Shown here one piece after another: positions 41,819-56,894 of a stretch of DNA of 64,000 bases (position 1 is the first letter of the stretch; the number at the start of each line of letters is the position of its first letter). The translations under genes were made by a program, and so were the position numbers. The notes under the pieces are model-generated. The model saw only the letters and a program-made list of their open reading frames with translations. It ran no database searches and had not been told where the DNA came from. The DNA is from Eledone cirrhosa. Taxonomy: Eukaryota. The DNA lies in contig OZ024760.1 of assembly GCA_964016885.1 (NCBI GenBank), positions 1,302,001-1,366,000 of the forward strand, read 5' to 3'.

Positions 41819-42216
41819 AAAGTGTGGTAAAAAACCAGGTGGACCATAACACACCAGAGTACTCGATACTTGGGGTAGTAGAGTGGGTAATAGGAAAATA
41901 GTCAGGACCCCGACGGCTGAGCTCCGTCCGTTTCGACAGCTAGATCTGAACTGTTCGCATTTAGCTGTCGAAACGGCCGGAGCTCAGCCGTTGGAGTCGT
42001 GACTCTTTCCCTAAATATATATAACAAAGAGGGTGTGGTAAGGAATCAGATAGACCATAACGCACCAGAGTACTCAACACTTAGGGTAGTAGAATGGTAA
42101 TGTTTATATATATATATATAGGAAAATGTTTAACCCGACGGCAGAGCTCAAGCCGTTTCGTCCAGAAATAGCCGTCGAAACGGCTTGAGCTCTGCCGTCG
42201 GAGTTAAACATTTTCA
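41815..42216. mobile_element. Cluster of three family B pieces
   Basis: 41815-42012 (fold-back), 42021-42105 (tail) and 42120-42216 (pure palindrome), separated by (TA)n. Confidence 0.85.
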
Positions 42217-42669
42217 TATATATATATATATAATATTCATTCAAGAATCCACAACTCTAAGCTATTGGCTCCGGAGTCGGGGCTTGATCATTCCCGATCG
42301 TGCCTTGGCCTGATCGATATCGATCATGGAACGCGTGTCACGTGTGGATAAATATATTGATGTTATGTTGATATCTGTCTGTCTACATTACCTTTTTAAA
42401 AAGACGGTAGATCTGAAATTTCTGTGAGAATTTTGCTGTTGTTACTAGAAGGTTTGGCGACTGCCTAAAGGACCTCGCGTTGGCATGTGTGTAGACACCC
42501 CCAATTTATGCGTGCATATATATATATTGTGTGTGTGTGTGTGTATATATATACCACCCAATATTTATATCAATATATATATATATGTATATACATACAT
42601 ACATAAATTCGGGGGTGAATACACATGCCAACAAGAGAGCCTTTAGGCAAAATACGCCTGTTTTGTATG

Positions 42670-42817
42670 TATATATACATATATGTATGTATATATATAT
42701 ATATATGTATGTATATATATATATATATGTATGTATATATATATATATATGTATGTATATATATGTATCTATATATATATATGTATGTATGTATATATAT
42801 GTATCTATATATATATG

Positions 42818-42863
<46 letters not shown>

Positions 42864-42887
42864 TATGTATGTATATATATATATATG

Positions 42888-42926
<39 letters not shown>

Positions 42927-42964
42927 GTATGTATATGTATGTATATATATATATGTATGTATAT

Positions 42965-42998
<34 letters not shown>

Positions 42999-43236
42999 GT
43001 ATGTATGTATATATATATATATGTATGTATATATATATATATGTATGTATATATATATATATATGTATGTATATATATATATGTATGTATATATATATAT
43101 GTATGTATATATATATATATGTATGTATGTATATATATGTATGTATGTATATATGTATGTATGTATATATATATATATATGTATGTATATATATATATAT
43201 ATGTATGTATATATATATATATATGTATGTATATAT

Positions 43237-43270
<34 letters not shown>

Positions 43271-43275
43271 GTATG

Positions 43276-43308
<33 letters not shown>

Positions 43309-43395
43309 GTATGTATATATATATGTATGTATATATATATATATATATATGTATGTATATATATATATATGTATGTATATATATATATATGTATG

Positions 43396-43427
<32 letters not shown>

Positions 43428-43479
43428 TGTATATATATGTATGTATGTATATATATATGTATATATATGTATGTATGTA

Positions 43480-43545
<66 letters not shown>

Positions 43546-43611
43546 TGTATATGTATGTATATATATGTATGTATGTATATATATGTATGTATGTATATAT
43601 ATATATATATG

Positions 43612-43643
<32 letters not shown>

Positions 43644-43683
43644 TATGTATGTATATATATATATGTATGTATATATATATATG

Positions 43684-43715
<32 letters not shown>

Positions 43716-44621
43716 TATATATGTATGTATATATATATATGTATGTATATATATATATATATGTATGTATGTATGTATGTATATATATATATGTCAGGTC
43801 ACCAGTTGGTGCTACTGGTAACATGTATACCAGTACAACCTGTCTCATGGTCGGGTCGTTGGCGACTAAACTGGCAACCCCACCAAGGTTTCTTGGTGAG
43901 GAGGGTGACTTTGGACATCCTGCAGGACTAAAAACAAAACCTGTCAAAGGGCAAGGGAGTTCTTAAGAGTCAATAGCCATCCAAAATCACTGGGAGAGAT
44001 GACCCCTTAGCCTTTGTCAAGGCAGAATTCTAGGAGAAGGAAAACTCTGATATAACACCTGCAACCCTGATGGTATCCAATGATGTTGACTTGTTCTTCT
44101 TTTTGGTAAATATCATCTTGGTTAAGAGAGTGGGACTGGCTTTGTGCAGTGCCTTTGCTCACTATAAAAGCTTCACAGCACAGGCATTGCTTTACATCTG
44201 GAGATCTCTCTGCACTTGTCATCACATGGTACCATGGGCCCAGCACTATGTGTCAATAATGGTCACAAGTGTAGTCTTTGTACCAGAGTTTTCAAGTCGC
44301 TGGCTGGACTAAAAAGTCACATTCGTTCAGCGCATCGGTAGGGGTTCTCCTACATGGATATAAAGTAGTGGCCGTACTCGAAAACGAGTTGGCAGCCACC
44401 ATATATATATATATGTATGTATATATATATGTATGTATATATATATGTATGTATATATATATGTATGTATATATATATGTATGTATATATATATGTATGT
44501 ATATATATATGTATGTATATATATATGTATGTATGTATATATATGTATGTATGTATATATATATGTATGTATGTATATATATATGTATGTATATATATAT
44601 GTATGTATATATATATGTATG

Positions 44622-44654
<33 letters not shown>

Positions 44655-44693
44655 GTATATGTATGTATATATATATGTATGTATATATATATG

Positions 44694-44726
<33 letters not shown>

Positions 44727-44783
44727 GTATATATATATATGTATATATATATATGTATATATATATATGTATATATATATGTA

Positions 44784-44844
<61 letters not shown>

Positions 44845-44869
44845 GTATGTATATATGTATGTATATATG

Positions 44870-44902
<33 letters not shown>

Positions 44903-44911
44903 GTATATATG

Positions 44912-44976
<65 letters not shown>

Positions 44977-45017
44977 GTATATATATGTATGTATGTATAT
45001 ATATATATGTATATATG

Positions 45018-45082
<65 letters not shown>

Positions 45083-45097
45083 GTATATATATGTATG

Positions 45098-45134
<37 letters not shown>

Positions 45135-45143
45135 GTATGTATG

Positions 45144-45185
<42 letters not shown>
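42670..45185. repeat. (TA)n/(TATG)n field split by the 43793-44400 element
   Basis: Direct reading. Confidence 0.95.
43793..44400 (+). mobile_element. Non-autonomous LINE-derived element (probably RTE) with a 3' C2H2 zinc-finger remnant
   Basis: 3' part encodes [25 protein letters not shown]; near-identical copy at 57203-57749 with the same 3' end before (TA)n. Confidence 0.75.
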
Positions 45186-45188
<3 letters not shown>

Positions 45189-46307
45189 TTTATCACCCAA
45201 TCTTGTGTCAGTCTGGGGTCATATAAATGTGAATATATATATATACATATATATACACACACATATAGACACTCACATGTATGTATACCTACATATATAT
45301 ATACACACACATACACATACATACACATACATATAGGTGTCTCGTTATGAGATACGTGTAAAATAGGTTTGCATGTTTACCAAATCTCTTGTCCCCTTCT
45401 TTATAGTTTGCTTGGCATTGTTTTGCCAAAAAGAGAACATCTTCTTTCTAACCCCATACACCACGCCCCCACCACCACTCCGTCCTCTCCTCCATTCACC
45501 TTCTCCGACAGTCCCCCACAGCCACCACCACGACCATCACACTCCCTCACCGTCTCCCTCCTCGGAAGATCTGTTTTAATGCCCAAACAAACGGGACGAG
45601 AGACCCGAGACTCGAGGCCGTTAATGTTGGTTTGTCATGATTTTTTGTTCTGTGGTTGAAGAAGTAGCTTCGAGATTTTGACCACTTTTATTGCCACCAC
45701 CTCTACCCCCTCTCTCTTCTCTCTCTTTATCTCTCTCTCTCTCTCTTTCTTGTTCTCTTTCTCTCTCATTATCCCTCTCTCTCTTCTCTCTCTTTATCCC
45801 CCTCTCTCTCTCTCTCTTTATCCTTCTCTCTCTCTCTCTCTTTATCCTTCTCTCTATATTTCCTCTCTCTCCTCTTCCTCTCTCTTCCCTATCCTGCTCT
45901 CTATCTCCCCTATCCCCCCTTCTCTCTATCCTCTCTTCTCTCTCTCTTTCCCTGTTTGTGTTTTTTTTTATTCTCGATTCTCGATATGTCTTTGTTTACT
46001 TTCTTTTCTTTTTCCTTTCGTCTACACTTATCGTTTATTTATCTATCTTTCATCGTTTTTCTGTTCTGTTGTTTCTTTTATTTGATGGGTTTTTTTTTGC
46101 TTTGCTTCTGTTCCCTCAAAACAAGGCTTTTTATTTGATTATGTGTGTGTGTATATATATATATATATATAATGTGTGTGTATGTATATATATATGTGTG
46201 TCTGTGTATGTATATATATATATATATATATGTATGTATATATATATAAATAAATATGTATACATATATATAAAGTATATGTATATTTATATATACATGT
46301 ATATGTA

Positions 46308-46341
<34 letters not shown>

Positions 46342-46394
46342 CACACACACTGTGTGTATTTATATATAATATATACACACACAATGTGTGTATT

Positions 46395-46433
<39 letters not shown>

Positions 46434-46689
46434 ATTTATGTATACACACACACACATAAACATTATACATACATACATATAATATACACATGCGTATATA
46501 TTGTATTTATATTATCGGACACTCAAAACGTAGACAGACAACAGTCAAACATGGCCGTCTCGTGTGAAAGAAAAAACTAGCTAGCTTAGCACGAGCGAAA
46601 TAAAATGGAGGCAGAAAACCTTTTTTTCCCCCTTTATTTTCGCTTGTTTTCTTCCCGTTTCGTTTTAATTAAACATTCCACCTTTTAAG

Positions 46690-46779
46690 TATGCTGGGAA
46701 TGGACTTCGGTCGGTTTCGGCGATGCGTCTTCCAAAATTTTCGATGTACCGAACAACCGTCTGCTTATGAAATTAGCTT
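46690..46779 (+). CDS. Candidate 90-nt exon, unidentified
   Basis: ttccaccttttaag| ... |gtaagt; length divisible by 3; two open frames; CpG-rich unique sequence. Confidence 0.3.
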
Positions 46780-46974
46780 GTAAGTGGCTAAATATTCCAT
46801 AGACGCGTGTAACCTTAATGTAATTTTTAGAGAGATTCAGCGTGACATAATGTTTGGGAAGGTTGTTGGACCATTGAATTACAGTTATAGTCCACTTGTG
46901 TATAGGGGTGTTAGTGGCTGAGCATTCCACATACATCTACCTAACCGTAACTATATTAGTCTGTTAGCCCTGTT

Positions 46975-47168
46975 GCGGTGGATTGGCAGTAACGGTAGAG
47001 GGTCGGACGCCATGCTTTCCAGCTTAGAGTTACGGCCCTTTATGATCTGAATTCAAATCCCGTCGAGGTGAACTTTGCTTTTCATCCTTACGGGGTCGTC
47101 GATAAAATAAAGTACCAGTAATACACTGGGATAATTGCTGGCCTTGTGCCAAAAGTAGAAACAATTAT
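46975..47168 (+). mobile_element. SINE family 1, full length
   Basis: A and B boxes, body and tail. Confidence 0.9.
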
Positions 47169-47262
47169 TATTAGTCTATTTTCTGTAGTAAAAAATAAAC
47201 CGTGAATTACTAATTATATATATATATATTTATATATATATATATATATAAACACATGCATA

Positions 47263-47335
47263 CAGGGTGTCCCCCAAAAATGTATACACACTTCAACAGC
47301 ATTCTAATAAATATATGTATTTGGAGGACACCCTT
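47263..47335. mobile_element. Small Tc1/mariner-like MITE
   Basis: TA-CAGGGTGTCCCCCAAA...TTTGGAGGACACCCT-TA; second copy at about 56945-57020. Confidence 0.7.
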
Positions 47336-47907
47336 ATATATATATATATATATTCTAAATCATTAACAATATTCCGTATTTGCCGACGTATTGGACTCCC
47401 CTTTTTATATACACACATATATATATATATATATGGTTATATTTTGACGTTTATAAGCATTTTTATGGGCCACATCCAATATTCGCGAGTGCTCTAGGAA
47501 CGTAACATAACCCCGTGAATACCGGGAGGCAGCTATATTTATATATGTGTGTGTGTGTGTGTCTACCCCTACATACTCACATATATGTATATGTGTGTAT
47601 GCGTGTGTATCAGTAGATATTATTTTGTTCTTTTATTGTCTAGCTGTTATCAGTGATTGCATCGTCTCTATGCTGGGACATTACCTTGAAATGTATGGCA
47701 GTCGATCATATCGATCCGCAGTTCTTATTGTTATCGATCGACCTCGAAATGTGGCAAAGCAAAGCGGACAATCGATGTTATAACATATATTATTCATCTC
47801 AAAACTAACTACGTTGCTACTTTGAAGACTTTCGACTAGTGTGGTAGTTATTATTATTATTATTATTACTACTATTATTATTATTAGATGATAAATGAGG
47901 TTGGTCG

Positions 47908-48290
47908 ATTGGCAGAATCGGTAGAGCGTCGGAAAACGTGCTTTGCTGCATAGAGTTACGACTCTTTACGTTCTGAGTTCAAATCCTGTCGAGGTTAGCT
48001 TTGCCTTTCATCCTTACGGGGTTGATAAAATAAAGTACCAGTAATGAACTGGGGTCGATTTAATCGGCTTTCCTCTCCCTAAAAAAATTGCTGGCCTTTT
48101 TTCCTATAGTAGAAATCATTATTATTAGGGCAGTGGATTGGCAATATCGGTAGAGCATCGGGCAACATGCTTAGCGGCATAGAGTTACGACCCTTTACGA
48201 TCTGAGTTCAAATCCCGCCGAGGTTAGCTTTGCCTATTATTCTGACGAGGTAGATTTAATCGACTTTCCCCTTCCCTTAAAATTGATGTT
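47908..48290 (+). mobile_element. Two tandem SINE family 1 copies
   Basis: Two heads with GAGTTCAAATCC. Confidence 0.87.
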
Positions 48291-48349
48291 TGAAACATAA
48301 CATAATGAAGGTTCTTACATAAAAATGTAATGATTTGAGATAGATATCG

Positions 48350-48563
48350 ACAGTCGATCAACTTTCGTCAAATCGGACCGAGGAAACAATGTTTCCGTTG
48401 GTCTTTCCAATTGCTAATACTATCTATCGGTCGCAACTCCAGGTAGAAGGAGCAACGTGAAATAAAGTGTCTTGCTCAAGGACATAACGCATCGCCTGGT
48501 CCAGGAATCGAACTCACAACCTTACGATTGTGAATCCAATTTCCTAACTACTCAGCCACGTCC

Positions 48564-48627
<64 letters not shown>

Positions 48628-48790
48628 GTAATAATAAATGTGAAGACTAAAATCCGAAGAGGACTCGATAAGGGTGAAAGCAGCGATTTTTTGCTTAAAG
48701 ACACAACACATCACCCGGTCGAGGAATCGAACTCACAACCTTACGATTGCGAATCCAATTCTCTTACCACTCAGCCACACGCTTTCACAT
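48350..48790 (-). mobile_element. Two SINE family 2 copies
   Basis: 48350-48566 is near-identical to the reverse complement of 59270-59485; 48690-48790 is a head only. Confidence 0.87.
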
Positions 48791-49334
48791 GTAGCTAGAT
48801 ATAAACACTTTAAAAAGAAAACGGTTTCTCTCGTAGAACCATGACCGGCTTCATGTGGTTTGGTATAAAAAGGTCTGCTGGTTATTTGAATGAACTTAAC
48901 AAATGTTATTACATAGAATTTTAATGGAAGGTATTTTTAGATGAATATAAACATTTGTCAACGAACAGGTACGGCGGCGGGTTTAGGCGTTTTGGTATCA
49001 AAAGCTAAAGTGTTAAGTGCCGGAAGCGGAAGTGTTGAGCTTGTCCCCAGTGCCTTTATAGTTATGTCCCTTTTACGCTGTAAGTTCAAGTCCTTATCGG
49101 TGGTGGGGGTGTATACCAGACCAGGCAAGGCAAGGCTGTCGTCTCGTCCTTCCGGTGGCGGAAGTAAGGGGAGGTAATGAGGTTGCTTTAATCGACCTCA
49201 TTCTGGCCGTATAAACGTTTTTTTTTTTGTTTGTTTTTTTACAACACACAGACAGACATTCTCTGCCAATACAAGCCACAATTAGCATTAACAGCTTTAT
49301 CATTTACTATCAACATTATCATTAATTAGTTATC

Positions 49335-50025
49335 GGTGGATTGGCAGTATCGGTAGAGAGTTGGACGCCATGCTTTGCAACATAGTGTTACGGCCCTTTA
49401 CGGTCTGCGTTCAAATCCCGCAGAGATTAACTGTGCCTCTATTCCTTATGGGGTTGATAAAATAAAGTACCAGTAATGCACTGGGATAATTGCTGGCCTT
49501 GTCCCAAAGGTAAAAACAATTATTTAACCAAATGGCGGTGGATATCGTTAGAGCGTCGGAGATTATGCTTTGCAGCATATAGTTACGGCCCTTTAAACTT
49601 TCCACCCTGCTTCGCGACATAGAGTTACGGCCTTTTGCGTTCTGAGTTCAAATCCCGCCGAGGTTAGCTTTGCCTTTCATCCTTACGGAGTCGATAAAAT
49701 AGAGTACCAGTTTCGTACTGGTGTCGATTTGATCGGCTTTAATTATCCAATTAATTATAGGACAGTGGATTTGGCAGAGAAAACCAGCCCCAAAACACCC
49801 AGCCCACACTGGAAAGTGGACGTGTAAAGGACACGACAAAAAGCACACAGCACACACTGTCAATGTGGTTGATGTTAGGAAGGGCATCCGGCTGTAGAAA
49901 ACCAGCCAGAAACTTTCCTATATGGGCGAGACACGGTCACCCGACCCAGCTTGCCTCTAAATGGGACAGACCTGTCTAACCCATGCTAGCATGGAAGATA
50001 GACGTTAATCGATGATGATGATGAC
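49335..50025 (+). mobile_element. SINE family 1 cluster followed by an RTE-tailed SINE-like element
   Basis: Family 1 at 49335-49740; ggaagggcatccggctgtagaaaac...gacgttaatcgatgatg at 49780-50025. Confidence 0.83.
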
Positions 50026-51316
50026 GTTAATATTCAACAACACACATTTAACCTTCTCGTTAATATATGTTCATCCTTTCGAGGTCGATCAAGAAAGTCG
50101 TGGGAGCGACTCTTCCAGTATGGGGCTCTTTGTCACACTTCATCTCTATCGCTGCCCCTTTGTGTTTCTCTGTAAGAAATTGACTGCGTTCCGACCTAGA
50201 GAGGGAGATGGGGGGGGGGGGGGGATGACTAAGCTCTGTCGGGTTTTAAAATATTCCCAGTAAACACCCCTGCGACTGCTTCATCATTATCATCAACATT
50301 TTCATCATCACCATCATCATCATCAACATTACCAATATTATCATCAACATCATTACCTATATCATTATCACCACCATCGTCATCACCATCGTCATCATCA
50401 CCATCATCATCATCATCACCATTATCATTACCATCATCACCACCACCACCACCATCATCATCAACATTACCATCGTCATCACCATCAGCACTATCATTAT
50501 CAGCCGAGGTTAACTTTGCCTTTCATCCTTACGGGGGTAGATAATATAGAGTACCAGTAATGTACTGCGGTTATTTGCTGGCCTTGTGCCAAAACTAGAA
50601 ACAATTATCCCTATCATCGCCATCACCATCATCATCACCACTATCATTATCATCACCTCTATCGTCATCACCATCACCACCACCACCACCATCATCACCA
50701 TCACCACCACCATCACCATCATCACCATCGCCATCATCAAACAACAATTCGTTTGCTCTTGACACTTTGGCATTCAGCTCCGACCACTTGACAAACTGGT
50801 TGTCTTTCTGATAAACCAAACAGACTTGCTCGTGCTTCTCTGTTTTGACGAGTGTATCTGTACATCTGTGTATGTGTATATGTGTATGTGTTTTCCTACA
50901 AGAGCCTGTGTGTGTGTGTGTGGCGTGAGGTGGAGGTACGTGCGTGAGATCCTGCCCACGTGTTTGTGTACGAGCCTGCGTGTGTTTGTGTATAAAGTGT
51001 GTGTTTGTATACAAGTCTCTGTTAGTGTGTGTTTTTATATAAGCCACTGTGTGTGTGTGTTAGTGTGTGTTTATATTCAAGCATGTGTGTGTGATAGTGG
51101 GTGTTTGCATACAAACATGTGTGTGTTAGTGTGTCTGTATAGAAGCCTCTGTGTATGAAGTGTATATGTGATTGTGTACGAGCCTGTATGTGTGTGTGCA
51201 TTTAATAGTTTGCCCTTTGCGTGTCGTCTCTCTCTCTCTCTCTATCTGACAGTGTGCTGTGCCGGAGTTGTAGACATGACTGTGTAGTTAATACTTAAAA
51301 GACTTGTTCCCTTCAG

Positions 51317-51650
51317 TCTCTGTCATGTTGTCTGAGTGCCAAACATGCCTCCTCTCCGAGTGCCAGCCCTCACCCGCCTCCGCCACACACACATGCCACT
51401 CTCAATGAGAAGGCCAAATCTAGCGTAGATACAGCTGGCTTCCTTCTCTGGGCAGCTGGAACCGGATGGGGGTGGTTAGAACGAGAGTTTGACAAAAGGC
51501 CAGACCGCATCAGAATTTTCTTCCTGTTCCGGGGCGGTGGAGTAAAATCTTTCCTCTCGTTTGGAATGTGCGACCTACAATGGTACTTACTCCAGCAACC
51601 ACCCGGTAAATTCAGCGTCAAACCTAAGCAAGCTGGTTGTTTTATCCGGG
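51317..51650 (+). CDS. Candidate exon, 111-codon open frame, unidentified
   Basis: Acceptors ctctatctgacag (51252) or ttcccttcag (51316); donor gg|gtatgg; frame ends MCDLQWYLLQQPPGKFSVKPKQAGCFIR; may be partly UTR. Confidence 0.3.
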
Positions 51651-51689
51651 GTATGGTTTTTGAAGGAAGTGTGTAACTTGTTTACATTG

Positions 51690-52250
51690 TGAAGGCGTGT
51701 GGCCGAGTGGTAAGGGTAGTGCTGAACTTACGATCATAAAGTCGTCGGTTCGATTCCCGGATTGGGTTATTTGTTATATTCTTGAGCAAGACACTTCATT
51801 TCACTCGGCTCCAGTATTCCCAGCTGAAAGTGAGTACCAGCAACAGCTGCGGTGTTAACCCCGTGGTGGACTGGCATCATGTCCAGGGGGGAGATACTCT
51901 TGTACTCGCAGTCACTTAAATCCATAGAAACCGAAGCAAGACCGGCTTCATGAGTTCCAGGTCTCAGACAGACTTTAACCCTGCGATGGTCTAGTACTCT
52001 GTCCAGGTGGGAGTCTGGTACTCTGTCCAGGTGGAAGTCTGGTACTCTGTCCAGGTGGGAGTCTGGTACTCTGTAAATTAACGTCATGGAAACTGGATAA
52101 GCACCGGCCTGGCGGGCCTCCGAGCTCAAGACTGATTTTAACCCTATGATGGACTGGCGTCCTGTCCAGGGAGGGGTCACTTAACGCCACGGGAACTAGA
52201 ATAAGCACTGGTTTGATAAGCCTCCGGGCTCAGGACATACTTTAGACTTT
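51690..52250 (+). mobile_element. SINE family 2 with internally duplicated 3' part and short tandem repeats
   Basis: TGGCCGAGTGG, GGTTCGATTCC, cttgagcaagacactt; gtactctgtccaggtgg repeated three times. Confidence 0.8.
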
Positions 52251-52813
52251 GAGGGGTCAAATGTAGGTTTCTGAATAGGATTGGATTGGATTGTCACGGA
52301 TGTATTTACGTTAAGTTGAGGCAATTGACGGTCTTAGTTACGTATGTGTTGTGTGTCGCTGTCTGTCTATTTACCTGTGTTGTGTGTGTGTGTGTATTAA
52401 TCTCTGTGTGTCTGTCTATATTTACCTATGTGTTGTGTTGTGTTGTGTTGTGTGTGTGTGTGTCTGTCTATATTTACCTATGTGTTGTGTTGTGTTGTGT
52501 TGTGTTGTGTTGTGTTGTGTTGTGTGTGTGTGTCTATATTAATCTCTGTGTGTGTCTGTCTATTTACCTATGTGTTGTGTGTGTGTATTAATCTCTGTGT
52601 GTGTCTGTCTATATTTACCTATGTGTTGTGTTGTGTTGTGTGTGTGTGTCTATATTAATCTCTGTTTGTGTCTGTCTATATTTACGTATATGTGTGTACG
52701 TGGATGTCAGTGTCTGTTTATATTTACCTATGTGTCTGTATTTGTTTCCCCGTACCTTAGCGGACACACGACTTGAATAGAGAAGTATTGGTGGTCGATG
52801 TGATCGACTAAAT

Positions 52814-53145
52814 CAGAGGTTCTCAAAGTGGGCGCTATCACCCCTCGGGAGGCTCTAAGAAAGCCCTAGGGGGGCACTGGGGCCTAAGGGGGTGGTAGAG
52901 ATGATATAGTATATTAAATATCAAATGATACATATATATAAATATAGTAAAATAAAATATCTATAATATTTATTTATATACATAGTATATATTATTTATT
53001 ATATATAAATTAACGATTTTATTTATTATATATTATTTACAATTTGTGTGTAGGCAGGTCTCTCTGGAAATAGGGTTGGGAGGGCACTGAGAGTATTACG
53101 CTGCCGTGAGGGGGACAGTGGCCCCAAAAGGTTTCAGAATCTCTG
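52814..53145. mobile_element. hAT/Charlie-like MITE (332 bp)
   Basis: TIRs CAGAGGTTCTCAAA / TTTCAGAATCTCTG; perfect 8-bp TSD GACTAAAT. Confidence 0.92.
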
Positions 53146-53510
53146 GACTAAATCAAGGCGATGGATGTCCCAGCATGCTTCAGCCTAAGAACGGATACTA
53201 GTGGAAAGACGAGAATTATTTATAGTGACCACTTAAAAAAAGTAAATGAGTGGAGAGGGGGGTGTCGGTAACCACACCCCTCGAGGTGATAAGAATTGCT
53301 GATAAGAGGTTGAAAGAACCCTTTAAAAAAGGTCCCTTCCTTAACTAACGAGATTTCTCTATATTTGTTTATTTGTTGTTGTTAGAGTGGTGGGTTGACA
53401 GTATCGGTAGAGCGTCGGACAACATCCTCTGTGGTATATATGACAGTTAACGGCCCTTTACGTTCTCAGTTCAAATCCTGCCGAGGTTAGCTTTGCCCTT
53501 TCAACTTTAA

Positions 53511-53774
53511 CCCTTTAGCATTTAAACCAGCCATATCCGGCAAGAATTCTCTCACCTCTTTCTGTTCAAACTGGCCACAACTGGTCACTCATACTGATGT
53601 TAAGGTATTGTTCTCAAATTAAATAATATCAAAATCTCATAGATTTGATATTATGTGAGGTAAAGCCTTTACTGTGAAAATACAATAGTATATATAGAGT
53701 AATGTAAATGTTATGTGAGGTAAAGCCTTTACTGTGAAAATACAATAGTATATTGTAGTGTGAATGTTAAAGGG
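53511..53774. mobile_element. piggyBac-like MITE inside SINE family 1 (53390-53915)
   Basis: TTAA-CCCTTTAGCATT...AATGTTAAAGGG-TTAA; internal 60-bp duplication; inverse of the 13471 copy. Confidence 0.87.
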
Positions 53775-53912
53775 TTAAATTACTATGTTAATAATGAAAT
53801 AATGTAAATGCTAAAAGGTTAAGGGTCTCGATAAAATACCAGTAATGTACTGGGTCGATTTAATGCACACACACCAGAAGAAGAAAAATTACTGGCTTTG
53901 TGCCTAAATCAG

Positions 53913-53964
<52 letters not shown>

Positions 53965-55092
53965 AGAGACGTGGGTGAAGCGATAGCTATGAATGTAATA
54001 ATTACCCTTATGATAACATAAATAGATGGGCCCTTTTGGGTTTACTGTAGCAAGAGAGGACTAGAGAGTAGGTTAAACCCTAGCAACTATTTTAAGGGGG
54101 CAGTTATATATATATATATATATATAGTAAAACGAGGGGATGACTGAGCGAGGGATAGGTCGGATGCGGTGACTTTGATTGGTATAAGAGTGGATGGGGA
54201 GGGTTCTGCAAGACGAGGGAGAGGGTCGTCTTTGAATGGTGTGTGTGTGTGGGTGGGGTGGGAGGAGGGTTAAATAGATGGAATTAGTTGAGGTTGACTT
54301 ACAGTGAAGTGAACTGTGGCAAATGTATGTTTTCCTTTTGTGTGTGTGTACATATATATATATGTGTGTATGCATATGTATGTATATATATATATTTATG
54401 TGTATGTATATGTATGTATATATATATTTATGTATATGTATGTATATATATATTTATGTGTATGTATATATATATTTATGTGTATGTATGTGTATGTATA
54501 TATATATTTATGTGTATGTATGTGTATGTATATATATATTTATGTGTATGTATATGTATGTATATAAATATTTATGTGTAGGTATATGTATGTATATATA
54601 TATTTATGTATATATATGTATATTTATGTATATGTATGTATATATATATTTATGTGTATGTATATATATATTTATGTGTATGTATATGTATGTATATATA
54701 TATATTTATGTGTATGCATATGTATTTATATAAATATTTATGTGTATGTATATGTATTTATATAAATATTTATGTGTATGTATATGTATGTATATATATA
54801 TTTATGTGTATGTATATATATATATATATAAAGTGCAAATTTAGACGGGAACAAAACAGAAAGGCAGACAAATATATATATATATATATATACACATATC
54901 TGTGTATATATATATATACACATATCTGTGTATATATATATATATATACACATATCTGTGTATATATATATATATATACACATATCTATGTGGTTCATGG
55001 TGTATGAATATCTCTGTGTCGGAAAGTTTTGAAGCTTTTTGGCGCGATTGTAGTTAGTGACGGCTGATTGTCTACCGTATGTGTGTGTTTCT

Positions 55093-55125
<33 letters not shown>

Positions 55126-55243
55126 TAAGCAGAGTTGTGTAGGTGCGTGTCGTCGGTAAGACCACACTTCCAATTATTTTCTTTTGAAAAAGGGGTCTTT
55201 AGCCTCGAAATATCATAAAGTATAACTAAATTTTAACTCTCGT

Positions 55244-55292
<49 letters not shown>

Positions 55293-55444
55293 ATATACTT
55301 AACTTACTGGTAATACTTAATATATACTTAACTTACTGGCAATACATTACTGCCTACCACTATTTAGGGTTTGTATAAAAAATACATATAACTGCATAAG
55401 GTTTTTGTATTTACATAACCATAAATAGTATAATAATTAATTAA

Positions 55445-55498
<54 letters not shown>

Positions 55499-55686
55499 CT
55501 CGGAGACAGCTGATACATCATCCACTGGTCCTCCCTGTGGCTCTAAACCAACAGAATCATAATGACTAGACCCAGACTGCTCCTTGACAGTGTAATTAGG
55601 GGCTCTAACCCTAGTGCTGTTAAATCGACTCTCCATGATTCTTTTCAGTGGCTGATAATACCTTACCGGTGCCACTCGAATAAGGT

Positions 55687-55960
55687 AACTCAGAGCTGTA
55701 CGGGAGCCTCCCAAAAGTCAGCTCGAAAGTAGCACACAGGAGACTGGGGTTAGCTGGACATGGTCACCGACGTCCGGAGTTGACACTGCACTCAGTGCTC
55801 CTGTGGGAGCCCCTGCATGGACACCCTAGAAGAGGAAGACCGAGATTGACATATGTTGATGCCCCAAGGACAGACACAGGACCGTGGCAGGAATAATGAG
55901 GGACAGAGACCACTGGAGAGAACTCGTCCATGGATCTCGGGAATTTTACCCGCCCTAGAT
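55687..55960 (+). mobile_element. RTE-clade LINE 3' fragment
   Basis: NSELYGSLPKVSSKVAHRRLGLAGHGHRRPELTLHSVLLWEPLHG..RGRPRLTYVD. Confidence 0.88.
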
Positions 55961-56694
55961 ATCTCTCTCTCTCCCTCTCTCTCTCATATATATATGTGTG
56001 TATATATATATATATGTGTGTTTATATATATATATTGGGTGTGTGTGGAGATGTATACATAGGTGTGTGTCTGTGATTATGCCAACAGGTAATATATTGA
56101 TTCAACGCATAGAAATCGATAAAATACAGTACTGGATTAAAAGAGATATTTTGTGATCGATATAAAGGCCCGCGAAGACTAAGCTGTAGCATGGCCACTG
56201 TCCAGAACACAAAACACACAATATGGTAGTAGTAGTAGTAGTAGTAGTAGCAGCAGCCGCCGCCGCCGCCATCAATTTCAATACTATTCGTGTTTTCCTC
56301 TCACACACAGACACACACACTTTCTCATGTTATTTCAACTTTCACATAATTATTGTAGCTTTTCTTTCGTTCTTTCTTTCTTTCTTTCTTTCTTAATCTT
56401 TTTCATTCTCTCTTTCCTTCCTTCCTTTCCTTCTTTCTCTTGTCTTCCTCTTTCGCTTCCTTCTCTCCTTCCTTTCCTTCTTCCTCTTTCGCTTCCTTCC
56501 TTCCTTTCCTTCTTCCTCTTTTTCTTCTCCCCTCTCATTCCTCCCTCTCCCCTCTCCACTCTCTCCCCACCCTCTTTCCTCCCCCACCCTCCCCCTCTCC
56601 CCCCACCAGTCATCATAGTTGTTTATATATGACTTGTTTATTTGTTTATCTTATCTTATCGTCTTTTGGCGGCGGCGGGGGGGAGGTCAGTTTG

Positions 56695-56728
<34 letters not shown>

Positions 56729-56855
56729 CTTTTACCTGTTTCAGCTGTGTGTGTGTGTGTGTATATGTTCCAGCCATCCGACTGAGGCCATGCTGGGGCA
56801 TATTGTGATGATGATGTGTGTATGTATATGTAATACACCTTGGCTAGTGAATGTC

Positions 56856-56894
<39 letters not shown>

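Noticed and set aside
48645-48692. aaaat-CCGAAGA...GAAA motif (related piece at 15115-15160)
   Set aside because: No UH site, and the GAAA part overlaps a SINE family 2 fragment.
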